Source: an uncultured Bacilli bacterium | GTDB taxonomy: Bacteria > Bacillota_I > Bacilli_A > RF39 > UBA660 | DNA length: 64,000 nt | NCBI GenBank assembly: GCA_949505625.1 | Contig: CATBQD010000001.1 | Span: 74,770-138,769 of the forward strand | Direction: 5' to 3' | Shown: positions 55,097-63,961 of the stretch, in pieces | Position numbering within the stretch: the stretch's first letter is position 1 | How the letters are laid out: each line of letters starts with the position of its first letter | Translations under genes and position numbers: made by a program | The notes under the pieces: model-generated | What the model was told of the DNA's origin: nothing | What the model saw: only the letters and a program-made list of their open reading frames with translations | Databases searched by the model: none

Positions 55097-55120
55097 AAAA
55101 ATTGTAGTATATTGGAATAT

Positions 55121-55154
55121 AAAAAAACTATAATCGATTATATTCAATTATAGT
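55121..55154 (-). terminator. intrinsic terminator after the protease gene (minus strand)
   Basis: ACTATAAT-12 nt-ATTATAGT, with a T-run on the minus strand. Confidence 0.6.
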
Positions 55155-55160
55155 TTCTTT

Positions 55161-56783
55161 TTACTTTAAAATAGTTTCACGAGAACGATAACTAAAAACT
55201 CCTTGTTCTTTTGTATAAACTTGGATTTTAAAAGTCAAATCACTTTTTTGATAAACTCCATCATTGTAATCATCATCATTTAATAAGGCTCTAATATCAC
55301 TTAATGGTATTTCAACTGCATTATTATGAATTTGATTTGGATTAAACGTATAAGTTTTTAATAATCGAATTTGTTTTCCTGAACTATCTACACCACTATT
55401 ATTTTCAGACCAACCAGAATAGACTTCTACAATAACTTTATTAAAAACGTCTAATGTCACACCTTGCATTAAATGAATGTTGTCTCTATCTACAAATTCA
55501 ATATGTAGATTGAAACAATTTGTATTCAAATAATTACTATATTGAGTATGATTTGAAACTGAAATTCCAGTAGCTCCTTCAACCCTTGTTGGAAGTTTGA
55601 TAACTTTTATTTCATAATCCCTAATGGCAGCTTTTCCCGGAGAAGTAACATTAATTGTTATAATATTTTCGCCGATTTGGAAATTAGAATTCCCACTTAC
55701 TGTATAAGTTGCGTTAGGATCACTAGTTTGAATATTTAAGTTTAATGAACTTTCATTATTTTTTAATGTAATTGTATATCGAATATTAGTCTTTACAAAA
55801 TTGATTGAATAATTACTGATTTCTAATTTTGACAAATAAGCATCAGTACTATAAGGTTTACTTGTATCGATATTTGCTCCTTTACCACTAGAACTATTAT
55901 TTTCAGTATTTTGTTCTGGAGTAGTTTGTTCTTCATTTTTCTCTTTTTCAATAACTGGATGTTTTTTCATAAATTGTTTTTCATTGTATAAATCATCAGT
56001 TTCATAACCAATTTCTTTTAAAACAACACTTAAGACATTTTGAGGTCTTTCCTCTGAAATATAATTCACTTTTGGTTCTGTTATTAATTTGTTAATGATT
56101 GTTTCTAAGTTTTCAGATGACATAGACATACCAATTGTAGAATTTGTTGAAGCATAAGTGTTAATGCCAACCAATTCTCCAGAAGCATTAATTAATGGGC
56201 CTCCAGAGTTTCCATTGTTTAAAGAAATGTCCAATTGTAAAAATTCAATTCCACCGGCACTTCTTCTAGCACTTAAGATTCCTTTTGTAACTGATAGTTC
56301 TCCATCAAAATTATAAGCATATCCTAGTGCTAAAACTTCATCTGTGACATTTAAAGCTAAGGTGTCACCAAAATTTACAGCTAAAGCTTTTTCGTTATTA
56401 ACTTTCAAAATAGCAATATCCGACTGAATATCATTACTAAACAATTTTGCTTCTTCAATTGTTCCGTCGAAGAATTCTACTGTAATAGAACCTTTAATAT
56501 CAACAATATGACTATTCGTAATCAAAAAGCCACTTTCATGGAAAAAACCAGTTCCAACGATTTGTTTTCCGTCTACAGTATTTATAATTTTTACAGTATT
56601 TTGTTTTACTAAATCGGCAGCTTTAGAAAAATTTGGACTGGATAATTTTGTCATTTTATTTAAGTTGGTTATTTCAATTGGTTTTTCTTTTCTTAAAATA
56701 AATAATAGAATGAAGACAATTGTGATAAGCAGAATCAGACTGATTCCACCAATAACAAGAAATAAATTTTTTTTATTTTTCAT
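55161..56783 (-). CDS. membrane-anchored trypsin-like (S1C/HtrA-type) serine protease with C-terminal beta-rich extension
   Basis: N-terminal TM helix and catalytic triad contexts TNSHIV / DIAILKV / GNSGGPLI. There is no PDZ. A cadherin-like beta-sandwich-type segment (YLSKLEISNYSINF...) and a further ~150 aa follow. Confidence 0.8.
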   Translation of the reverse strand: MKNKKNLFLVIGGISLILLITIVFILLFILRKEKPIEITNLNKMTKLSSPNFSKAADLVKQNTVKIINTVDGKQIVGTGFFHESGFLITNSHIVDIKGSITVEFFDGTIEEAKLFSNDIQSDIAILKVNNEKALAVNFGDTLALNVTDEVLALGYAYNFDGELSVTKGILSARRSAGGIEFLQLDISLNNGNSGGPLINASGELVGINTYASTNSTIGMSMSSENLETIINKLITEPKVNYISEERPQNVLSVVLKEIGYETDDLYNEKQFMKKHPVIEKEKNEEQTTPEQNTENNSSSGKGANIDTSKPYSTDAYLSKLEISNYSINFVKTNIRYTITLKNNESSLNLNIQTSDPNATYTVSGNSNFQIGENIITINVTSPGKAAIRDYEIKVIKLPTRVEGATGISVSNHTQYSNYLNTNCFNLHIEFVDRDNIHLMQGVTLDVFNKVIVEVYSGWSENNSGVDSSGKQIRLLKTYTFNPNQIHNNAVEIPLSDIRALLNDDDYNDGVYQKSDLTFKIQVYTKEQGVFSYRSRETILK

Positions 56784-56842
56784 TCAAATACAACTCCTTT
56801 TTTATTTATTATATCATGAGAATGGAAAGAATGAATATTTAT

Positions 56843-56871
56843 TTGACCAAATAATATCCTTCTGTTATGAT
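56843..56871 (+). promoter_or_regulatory. sigma-A type promoter of the MBOAT operon
   Basis: TTGACC-N17-TATGAT with TGT (extended -10). Confidence 0.6.
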
Positions 56872-56885
56872 GGTAATAGAAGGAT

Positions 56886-58181
56886 GTGACAATATTGGAA
56901 TTTGGTAGTATTTTATTTTTGTTTTTCTTTTTTCCTTTTTTCTTTTTCATATATTACTTAATAAAAGATAAATGGAGAAATATTTGGTTATTAATCGGCA
57001 GTATTGTTTTTATAATGATCGGAAGAAATTCTTTTATATGGTATTTTTTAATGATTACAGGCATTACTTATTTCTCATTATCTAGATTAAATAAATTGCC
57101 AAAGAATCTTTCTAAAAAGAAAATTACTATGTGGATTATTTTTATAGAAATTTTAATTTGGTTTCTTTTTATTAAAGATATAAAAATAAATAACTTAATT
57201 ATTTATCCAATTTGTTATATTGTCGTTTTATTATCAAATATTGGAACTTTATTAGATTTTCTTGAGAATAAGAAGAAAAAGCCAAATTTATTTTATTATT
57301 TGTTGTATATAAGTTGTTTTTCAAAACTCTTATTTGGACCAGTTCTTTCTTATTATGAAATGGAAGAAGGACTAAAAAAAAGAACCATCACAAAAGAACA
57401 AATTGTAGAGGGATGTTTTCTATTTCTGAAAGGATTATTTTTAAATGTTTTAATGTTAGGAATGTTATCAACATTACAAAATCAGTTATTGATAATACCA
57501 ACATCGATTGTAAGTTCATTAACAGTATTAATTACAACAATGTTACAAGTTGTCATATTTATGATGAGTTATTCTAATATGTCTATAGGGCTTAGTAAAA
57601 TGTTAGGGTTTTCATTTGAGGCAGAAACAGATTATCCACTTTGCTTATCTAAAATGAACTACTTTTTTCATAGTTGGCATTTTAGTATTTCAAAATGGTG
57701 GGATAAATACTTAAAAATAAAGTGTACTTTACCAGTTCAAATAGTACTATTTATGTTGGGACTTTCCATTACCTATGGACTTAATTATATGATAGCACTA
57801 TGGTTTTTATTTATAGGTGTAGGGGTTTTAATAGAAGAATTGGTTTTATCTAAAAGAAAACTTTCTAAAAAGGTTCTATATATAGTTCATTTCATATGGA
57901 TGGTCTTATCATTTGCTTTATTAGTAAGACCAAATATATTGAAATTCATAGCAGTACCATTTTGGAATACTGAAATAAAATGCTTACTAACTAGCTATAG
58001 TTTGATTCTTCTTCTTTCTTTTATAATATCTCTAAAAATTATAAATAAATTAACAGAGAAGGTAAAAAAGAGTTCTTGGTATCATATTGGAAGAATGGCA
58101 ATATATGTGATTCTTTTATGGATAACCGTAATTGCACTAATATCAGGAATTGATTCATCTGTTTGGATGATTAGAATATGA
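56886..58181 (+). CDS. MBOAT-family membrane O-acyltransferase (AlgI/DltB/PatA-like)
   Basis: Polytopic protein with the conserved His region FFHSWHFSISKWWDKYL. It has a GTG start after GAAGGA. Confidence 0.75.
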   Translation: MTILEFGSILFLFFFFPFFFFIYYLIKDKWRNIWLLIGSIVFIMIGRNSFIWYFLMITGITYFSLSRLNKLPKNLSKKKITMWIIFIEILIWFLFIKDIKINNLIIYPICYIVVLLSNIGTLLDFLENKKKKPNLFYYLLYISCFSKLLFGPVLSYYEMEEGLKKRTITKEQIVEGCFLFLKGLFLNVLMLGMLSTLQNQLLIIPTSIVSSLTVLITTMLQVVIFMMSYSNMSIGLSKMLGFSFEAETDYPLCLSKMNYFFHSWHFSISKWWDKYLKIKCTLPVQIVLFMLGLSITYGLNYMIALWFLFIGVGVLIEELVLSKRKLSKKVLYIVHFIWMVLSFALLVRPNILKFIAVPFWNTEIKCLLTSYSLILLLSFIISLKIINKLTEKVKKSSWYHIGRMAIYVILLWITVIALISGIDSSVWMIRI

Positions 58182-58189
58182 GGTGAATA

Positions 58190-59290
58190 ATGAAAAAGTT
58201 AGAATTAATTTTTATATTATTATTACTTATGGCTTTAGGAAGTTGTGGCATTTTATGTTTCTTTTCATCAAACACATTATATAGTGAAAAAGAAGGTAGA
58301 AAATTGAGTACCAAACCAAAAACAAATATACTTTCTAATCACTCTATGGAAGATTTAGAAAACTATTACGAGGACCATTTTCTATTTCGAGATACCTTAT
58401 TAGAACAAGGAGTTCAAATAAAGAGAAAATTAGGAATTAATATACAAAATGGGGTTTATATTGGAAAAGATGAATATTTATTAGAAGAACCAAAAGAGAT
58501 TGGCAATTCTAATTTATTGATTGATAATCTAAACAACTTTTATAAAAAATATAATGATAAAAATATGTCACTTCTTTTACTTCCTAGTCATGTAACAATA
58601 AATCCTAGCAAAGCCCCAAGTAATATTTCTATTTTTGATGAGTCACATCAAATGAAAACTATCTATCATCAATTAACATTTAATACAATTGATGTTATAG
58701 ATATTTTAAGAGAAGGATTAAATGATTATCCTATCTATTATCGATTGGATTCTAATTTAACGAGTTATGGAGCTTATTATGTTTATAGAGAATATATGAA
58801 ATTAAATGATATGGAAGAAATTCCAATTACAGAATTTAATATTGAAGAAGTATCTAATAATTTTTCTGGAGACTTAGTAAAAAAAGCTTACACATTTTCC
58901 TATAAAAAAGATACAGTTGTAAAGTTTGTTCCTAAAAATAATGTTTCATTAGAAGTATTATATGAAGATAGAAAAGAAACAACTCTTTATAATGAAAAGG
59001 CCACCGAAAATAATATGTATGAATATTTTTTAGGAAGTAATGAACCTATTATTGAAATTACAAATTCTAGTATTGACAACCAAAAAGAAATCTTAATTTT
59101 AAAAGATGAGAGTGCGAATGTAGTAATTCCATTTTTTACAAATCATTTTTATAAAGTTCATATAATTGATACTGATTATTATGAAAAGTCGATATCTGGA
59201 TACTTGGATACACATAAAGAGATTAAAGATATTATTTTTATTTATAAGATGAATGGATTAGATAGAAAAATAAAAAATTTATCATTTTAA
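58190..59290 (+). CDS. DHHW-family-like (AlgJ/PatB-type partner) protein with altered signature
   Basis: N-terminal anchor, in the usual position after an MBOAT gene. The segment YYRLDSNLTSYGAYYVY aligns to the DHHWT..GA..aY signature, but with SNL in place of HHW. Confidence 0.55.
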   Translation: MKKLELIFILLLLMALGSCGILCFFSSNTLYSEKEGRKLSTKPKTNILSNHSMEDLENYYEDHFLFRDTLLEQGVQIKRKLGINIQNGVYIGKDEYLLEEPKEIGNSNLLIDNLNNFYKKYNDKNMSLLLLPSHVTINPSKAPSNISIFDESHQMKTIYHQLTFNTIDVIDILREGLNDYPIYYRLDSNLTSYGAYYVYREYMKLNDMEEIPITEFNIEEVSNNFSGDLVKKAYTFSYKKDTVVKFVPKNNVSLEVLYEDRKETTLYNEKATENNMYEYFLGSNEPIIEITNSSIDNQKEILILKDESANVVIPFFTNHFYKVHIIDTDYYEKSISGYLDTHKEIKDIIFIYKMNGLDRKIKNLSF

Positions 59291-59316
59291 CACTATTTTT
59301 AACAAAAAAAAGAAAG

Positions 59317-59345
59317 TTGAAATTTTTGTGAAAGAGTGCTAATAT
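59317..59345 (+). promoter_or_regulatory. sigma-A type promoter of the lipoprotein gene
   Basis: TTGAAA-N17-TAATAT. Confidence 0.55.
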
Positions 59346-59373
59346 ATTAGTTATAGAGGAGGTGTAAAAAAAT

Positions 59374-59763
59374 ATGAAGAAAGGAAAATTATTAGCAGCA
59401 TCATTACTTGTTTTACTTACTATGACTGGTTGTGGTGGAAAGAAATTAACTTGTACAAGTGAAACAAATTCTTTAGGAATGGAAATGAAAAGTACAGTTG
59501 ATGTTAATTTTAAAGGTGATAAAGTAAATGCTATGAAAATAGTTGTTGATGTTACTTTACCAGATAGTATGAAAGAACAAAAGAAAACAATCATGGAATC
59601 TTTTGAAAAAGAAAATACTGTTAAAGATGCAAAAGTAAAAGAAACTAAAAATGGTTTCAAAGTTGAAGGAAGCGCTGATGCTAAAACTTTAGGAACAGAT
59701 AATGAAGCTAAATACGATGACGTTAAAAAAGCTTTAGAAGCAAGTGGTTATAAATGTAAATAA
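59374..59763 (+). CDS. small lipoprotein
   Basis: Lipobox LLTMTG|C after MKKGKLLAASLLV, with a GAGGAGG RBS. The length is 129 aa. Confidence 0.7.
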   Translation: MKKGKLLAASLLVLLTMTGCGGKKLTCTSETNSLGMEMKSTVDVNFKGDKVNAMKIVVDVTLPDSMKEQKKTIMESFEKENTVKDAKVKETKNGFKVEGSADAKTLGTDNEAKYDDVKKALEASGYKCK

Positions 59764-59785
59764 AAAGAGCAAGGCTCTTTTTTTT
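59762..59785. terminator. bidirectional intrinsic terminator (lipoprotein gene / sigK)
   Basis: AAAAAGAGC-AAG-GCTCTTTTTTTT. Confidence 0.75.
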
Positions 59786-60482
59786 AATCACAATTATCTT
59801 TATTTTTGATAAATTCATGGAGCATTTTAGTGAGTGCTCTTTTTTCGATTCTAGATACATAGCTTCTTGATATTCCTAATTCTTTTGCAATTTCTTTTTG
59901 TGTAATTGCTTCTTCATTGTTTAATCCATATCTTTTTACAATAATTTCTTTTTCGCGTTCTGTTAAAATATCGAAATATTTATGAAGAAGTTTAATATTA
60001 TTTTTTAGGTGCAAATCCAAAGCAAAATCAGGTTTTGGAGCTTTTAATATATCTAAAAAAGTAATTTCATTTCCATCTTTATCAAATCCAACTGAATCAT
60101 TGATACTAATATTTTTCGTATTCTTTTTATCACTTCTAAAATGCATAAGGATTTCATTTTCAATACATCTAGCACAGTATGTTGTAATTCTAGTTCCATG
60201 TTTATAAGAATAACTATCTACACCTTTTATAAGACCAATTGTTCCAATACTAATTAAATCATCCATATCTTCATTTCTATGGTCATATTTTTTTACAATA
60301 TGTGCAACTAATCTTAAATTGTGCTCAATAAGTTTATTTCTGGCTTCTGCATTCCCTAATTTAGCCTGTGCTACATAATAGTCCTCTTCCTCTTTTGAAA
60401 GTGGGTCTGGAAATACATTGTTAGAATAAGCAGCAGTAAAAAAATGTAAGTCTTTTAATAATCTTTTTAAAAATTGAAACAT
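59784..60482 (-). CDS. sigK: RNA polymerase sporulation sigma factor K (pro-form, uninterrupted)
   Basis: NNVFPDPLSKEEE, LIEHNLRLVAHIVKKY, DLISIGTIGLIKG and TYCARCIENEILMHFR closely parallel B. subtilis SigK. It carries a ~17-20-aa pro-sequence. The RBS is AGGAGTGA. Confidence 0.85.
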   Translation of the reverse strand: MFQFLKRLLKDLHFFTAAYSNNVFPDPLSKEEEDYYVAQAKLGNAEARNKLIEHNLRLVAHIVKKYDHRNEDMDDLISIGTIGLIKGVDSYSYKHGTRITTYCARCIENEILMHFRSDKKNTKNISINDSVGFDKDGNEITFLDILKAPKPDFALDLHLKNNIKLLHKYFDILTEREKEIIVKRYGLNNEEAITQKEIAKELGISRSYVSRIEKRALTKMLHEFIKNKDNCD

Positions 60483-60553
60483 CTAATCACTCCTAAATAA
60501 ATTATATACAATGAAAAAAAATATATGATTTACTATTATTCATTCATTAGTAC

Positions 60554-60582
60554 TTGACAATACATAGTAGTTATTATAAAAT
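60554..60582 (+). promoter_or_regulatory. sigma-A type promoter of the padR operon
   Basis: TTGACA-N17-TAAAAT. Confidence 0.55.
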
Positions 60583-60598
60583 GTTGATGAGGTGAGAT

Positions 60599-60916
60599 AT
60601 GAATACACAATTTAAAAAGGGAGTATTAGAATTAATTGTATTATTAACCGTTTCAAAAAAAGATATATATGGATATGAATTGGTTGCTCAAGTTTGCAAG
60701 GTTATTGATGTAAATGAAGGAACTATTTATCCATTATTAAAACGTCTCACAAATGAAGGATATTTTGAAACTTATCTAGTAGAGTCAACAGAAGGACCAT
60801 CTAGAAAGTATTATCATATAACAGTATTAGGAAAAGAAAGAGCTGAAGAACTAAAAAATAGTTGGATGAATTTTTCTACATCAGTAAATAAATTTATAGA
60901 GGAGGAACAATCATGA
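60599..60916 (+). CDS. PadR family transcriptional regulator
   Basis: 105 aa. LELIVLLTVSKKDIYGYEL...EGTIYPLLKRLTNEGY is the PadR winged-helix signature. Confidence 0.9.
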   Translation: MNTQFKKGVLELIVLLTVSKKDIYGYELVAQVCKVIDVNEGTIYPLLKRLTNEGYFETYLVESTEGPSRKYYHITVLGKERAEELKNSWMNFSTSVNKFIEEEQS

Positions 60917-62256
60917 ATAAAAAGAAATTTTTAAAAATATTAGAAGAAAAATTACAAATTTTAAGTGAAGAAGAGAGAAATGATATATTAAACGAATATA
61001 AGGATACCATTGAAGAAAAAGTAAAACATGGTAGTAGTGAAGAAGAAGCAGTAGCAGATTTTGGGAGCGTTGAAGAACTTTCTAGAGAAATTTTGAAAGC
61101 TTATAAAATTAATCCTGATTATTCAAAAAATAAAGATAAAGTAAAAGAAATAGTAGAAGATGGAGAAAATTTGATAAAAAAAGGAGCGGAGAAATTATCG
61201 GAATGGACACAAGATGTTGTAGATGATTTTAAAAATAATGATCAAAATTGGACATTAGAAATGGTATTTGAAGTTATTATCAAAGCAATTATATTATTAA
61301 TTGGATTATCATTACTTCGAATTCCATTCTATGTAATAGAAAGTTTGGGATTAAATATTTTTGAAATGGCTTTTCCACCTTTTGACTCTGTTTTTAAAGT
61401 AATACTAAGATGTTTTACCGGTTTCATTTATTTAATTGTTTGCATTGTTATTGCAATGATTGTTTTTAAACCGTATTTTATAACATCTAAAAAAACTACA
61501 AAAAAAAAAGAAAATAAGCCAAAAGAAGAGATAAAAGAAGAAATCGTTACTAAAAAGACAGGTACTTCTAATGTGATTATAGAAATATTAAAAGTGTTTA
61601 TATTCTTATGTACAGTATTTCCATTATATTTTGCTGATTTCGGATGCCATATTGCACTCATAGTATTACTTTTTTTACTAATAAAAGGAGTTCCAGTATT
61701 AGGTGTATTTTTAATACTGTTAGGAGTTACTATATTTTTAACATTCTTAACCAAGGTATTTTATAATTTATTGTATGGGAATAAGAAAATTTATTGTTAT
61801 TCTTTAATTATAAGTGCAGTATTCTTTGTATCTGGATGTTTCTTTAGTATTGGAACACTTACCGAATTTGAAGTTTATCATGGTTTGCCTGACAATTCTT
61901 TTGCACAGAAAGAAATTGTTTATGATAAAACAGTTACAAATGATTCTTTTCATATTTCTTATTATGATTATGAGGTACAAGAAGATAATTCATTAGAAGA
62001 TAATCAAATTAAACTTGTTATTTCTTATTATTCTGATTTTATTTCAGATGTGGTTATAGAAGAGAAAGATTTGGAAGATAGTACTTTTTATAGACTAAAC
62101 CCCAAACATAAAAGTGTAAGCAAAGCAAATAGAAAAAAAGTATATAATATGGTTATGAGAGAGTTAAAAAATCTACGCTGGTATCATTATAGTGAATTAG
62201 GAGATTTAAAAATTGTTGTACAAGCAAATGCGAATACAATTCATAAATTAAAATAA
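60913..62256 (+). CDS. DUF1700 (HAAS-type) membrane protein partnered with PadR
   Basis: ATGA overlap with padR. The N-terminus FLKILEEKLQILSEEERNDILNEYKDTIEE is DUF1700-like, followed by about 5 TM segments and a ~130-aa C-terminal domain. Confidence 0.7.
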   Translation: MNKKKFLKILEEKLQILSEEERNDILNEYKDTIEEKVKHGSSEEEAVADFGSVEELSREILKAYKINPDYSKNKDKVKEIVEDGENLIKKGAEKLSEWTQDVVDDFKNNDQNWTLEMVFEVIIKAIILLIGLSLLRIPFYVIESLGLNIFEMAFPPFDSVFKVILRCFTGFIYLIVCIVIAMIVFKPYFITSKKTTKKKENKPKEEIKEEIVTKKTGTSNVIIEILKVFIFLCTVFPLYFADFGCHIALIVLLFLLIKGVPVLGVFLILLGVTIFLTFLTKVFYNLLYGNKKIYCYSLIISAVFFVSGCFFSIGTLTEFEVYHGLPDNSFAQKEIVYDKTVTNDSFHISYYDYEVQEDNSLEDNQIKLVISYYSDFISDVVIEEKDLEDSTFYRLNPKHKSVSKANRKKVYNMVMRELKNLRWYHYSELGDLKIVVQANANTIHKLK

Positions 62257-62279
62257 AGTGAATTTTTTCACTTTTTTTT
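62255..62279 (+). terminator. intrinsic terminator after the padR operon
   Basis: AAAGTGAA-TTTT-TTCACTTT followed by a T-run. Confidence 0.7.
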
Positions 62280-62336
62280 ATAAAAAGCTAGTACTTTTGG
62301 ATTTTCTTATCGAATAATACTTTTGAGGTGAAAGAA

Positions 62337-63518
62337 ATGAAAAAATTATTAGTATTGATTTTTATGCTGTTTCCTATTTTTTCTGTAGATGCAGAAGAAT
62401 GGCAAGAAATCGAAAAAATTCCTTCTATTAATGGAAGCACATTAGAAATCAAAGAAGAAAAAGAATATCAATGGTATAGAATTAAAAAGGAAGGCGGTTA
62501 TTTTAAAGAAGCTCCATCGGAAGAATTTCGAAAAACTAATTTTTGGACCTTTACTCCGTGGTCAGAATGGCAAGATACATATCCAAATGAAAAAGATTAT
62601 GTTGAGACTAAAGTAGTTTATCACTATCAATTGATGAAAAAGATAAAATATATTCGGCTGTCTGAAATAAATAATTCAAATCTTACTTTCGCATCTATTT
62701 TAATTTATAATGGTAGAAATCAAATATCTTACAAATTGGAAGAGAAAGATCATGAAATAGTTTTAGAATTAGAAGAGCCTTGCTATTTTGATGAACTAGA
62801 AATAGAGATGACTCTTGTTAATACAAATGATGAGGAAAATGCATTTTTAATAGAATGGCTATATGAATTAGATTTGCCAAGTTGTATGAAGACCTATACA
62901 AGACAATGGTTTTCTGTATCCACTCAAATTAGTTTTATAGAACGTAAAATGATGCAGAATCAACTTTTGTATGAAAAAGAAAAAATATCGATAGAGAAAA
63001 TAGAAGAAAATGCACATACAAAAGTTTATCAAAGAAAACAATATCGATACCAAGAACGTCTTGATTATTATGAAAAAGAAACAAAGGAATACAGCAAAGA
63101 GTTTAGTAGCACTATGATAGAAAGCTATCCTTATCCAGATTTAGAAACAGAAAGAAAACGGTTATTCTGCCGCTTCAATAAAAAAGATCCAGAAATGAAT
63201 GAAGTTGTGATAACAAAAGAAATACCAATAGAGAAAATTGTAGTAAAAGAAATTCCAGTTGAAAAAATTGTTTTCAAAGAGAATCTGAATAATGATTTAT
63301 TAAAACAAGATAATAATATCTTAAAAGAAGTAGTAGAAAATCTAAAATACCGAGTGGCATCATGTCAAAATGAAAAAAGTGAAGATTTAGAAAAAAATAA
63401 GAATTCAAAAACAGTAGAAGTTAAAAAACAATCTTTAGGAGTATCACTTTATATTATTGTTATATTTCTTCTTGGATATTTATTAGGTCGAATTGTGACG
63501 AGGAAAAAAAAGTTCTAA
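62337..63518 (+). CDS. hypothetical secreted protein with C-terminal TM anchor
   Basis: Signal peptide MKKLLVLIFMLFPIFSVDA and a C-terminal TM helix plus a basic tail (RIVTRKKKF). It has a short tandem peptide repeat KEIP(I/V)EKIV. The start is at the ATG after GAGGTGA. Confidence 0.5.
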   Translation: MKKLLVLIFMLFPIFSVDAEEWQEIEKIPSINGSTLEIKEEKEYQWYRIKKEGGYFKEAPSEEFRKTNFWTFTPWSEWQDTYPNEKDYVETKVVYHYQLMKKIKYIRLSEINNSNLTFASILIYNGRNQISYKLEEKDHEIVLELEEPCYFDELEIEMTLVNTNDEENAFLIEWLYELDLPSCMKTYTRQWFSVSTQISFIERKMMQNQLLYEKEKISIEKIEENAHTKVYQRKQYRYQERLDYYEKETKEYSKEFSSTMIESYPYPDLETERKRLFCRFNKKDPEMNEVVITKEIPIEKIVVKEIPVEKIVFKENLNNDLLKQDNNILKEVVENLKYRVASCQNEKSEDLEKNKNSKTVEVKKQSLGVSLYIIVIFLLGYLLGRIVTRKKKF

Positions 63519-63521
63519 TTT

Positions 63522-63528
63522 TGTCGAA
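63522..63528 (+). promoter_or_regulatory. Spo0A-box-like heptamer TGTCGAA upstream of spoIIAA
   Basis: An exact match to the canonical 0A box lies 55 nt upstream of the spoIIAA start. It overlaps a GAAT -10-like element. Confidence 0.4.
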
Positions 63529-63582
63529 TAGATAGAAATCATTTTGGACTCATGATAAAGTAAATAAGCGAGGTGATAATGT

Positions 63583-63948
63583 GTGACAGAAATGCCTGGA
63601 ATGCTAGAAATTAATATGGAATGTAGAAAAGGGATTTTGTTTGTACGACTTGAAGGAGAACTTGTTAAAGATACTGTGAATAAATTAAATAAAGAAGTTA
63701 CAGAACTGGTAAAAGAAGCTGGAATTAGAAATATTGTATTCAATGTAGAACATCTGATTTCTATTGATATGAAAGGAATTAGTACCCTTTTTTATAATTA
63801 TGAACTTTGTAGGAACAACAAAGGAAAAAGCATGCTATGTGGGGTAGAAAAAACAATTGTTAAACAAAAAATAATTAATAGTAGGATATTAAAATATATG
63901 AATGAAACAAATGATGAATTAAGCGCTTTTCATATTTTTGAAACATAA
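63583..63948 (+). CDS. spoIIAA: anti-sigma F factor antagonist (STAS domain), SpoIIAA-like
   Basis: 121 aa. The alignment to B. subtilis SpoIIAA is colinear (ILFVRLEGEL.., IRNIVFNVEHL.., ..SRILKYM). The GTG start lies 6 nt after AGGTGA, and a gene starting at 63962 follows. Confidence 0.65.
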   Translation: MTEMPGMLEINMECRKGILFVRLEGELVKDTVNKLNKEVTELVKEAGIRNIVFNVEHLISIDMKGISTLFYNYELCRNNKGKSMLCGVEKTIVKQKIINSRILKYMNETNDELSAFHIFET

Positions 63949-63961
63949 TAAAGGAGTGTTT

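Noticed and set aside
59784-60482. I checked sigK for a skin-type intervening element or an adjacent recombinase.
   Set aside because: The ORF is colinear and complete, and no recombinase or phage-like genes flank it.
63499-63530. Sigma H-type promoter (RnAGGAwWW-N11-12-RnnGAAT) for spoIIAA, using AGGAAAA and GTCGAAT.
   Set aside because: The spacer is about 15 nt, 3 nt longer than the consensus I recall. Only the 0A-box-like heptamer is reported, at low confidence.
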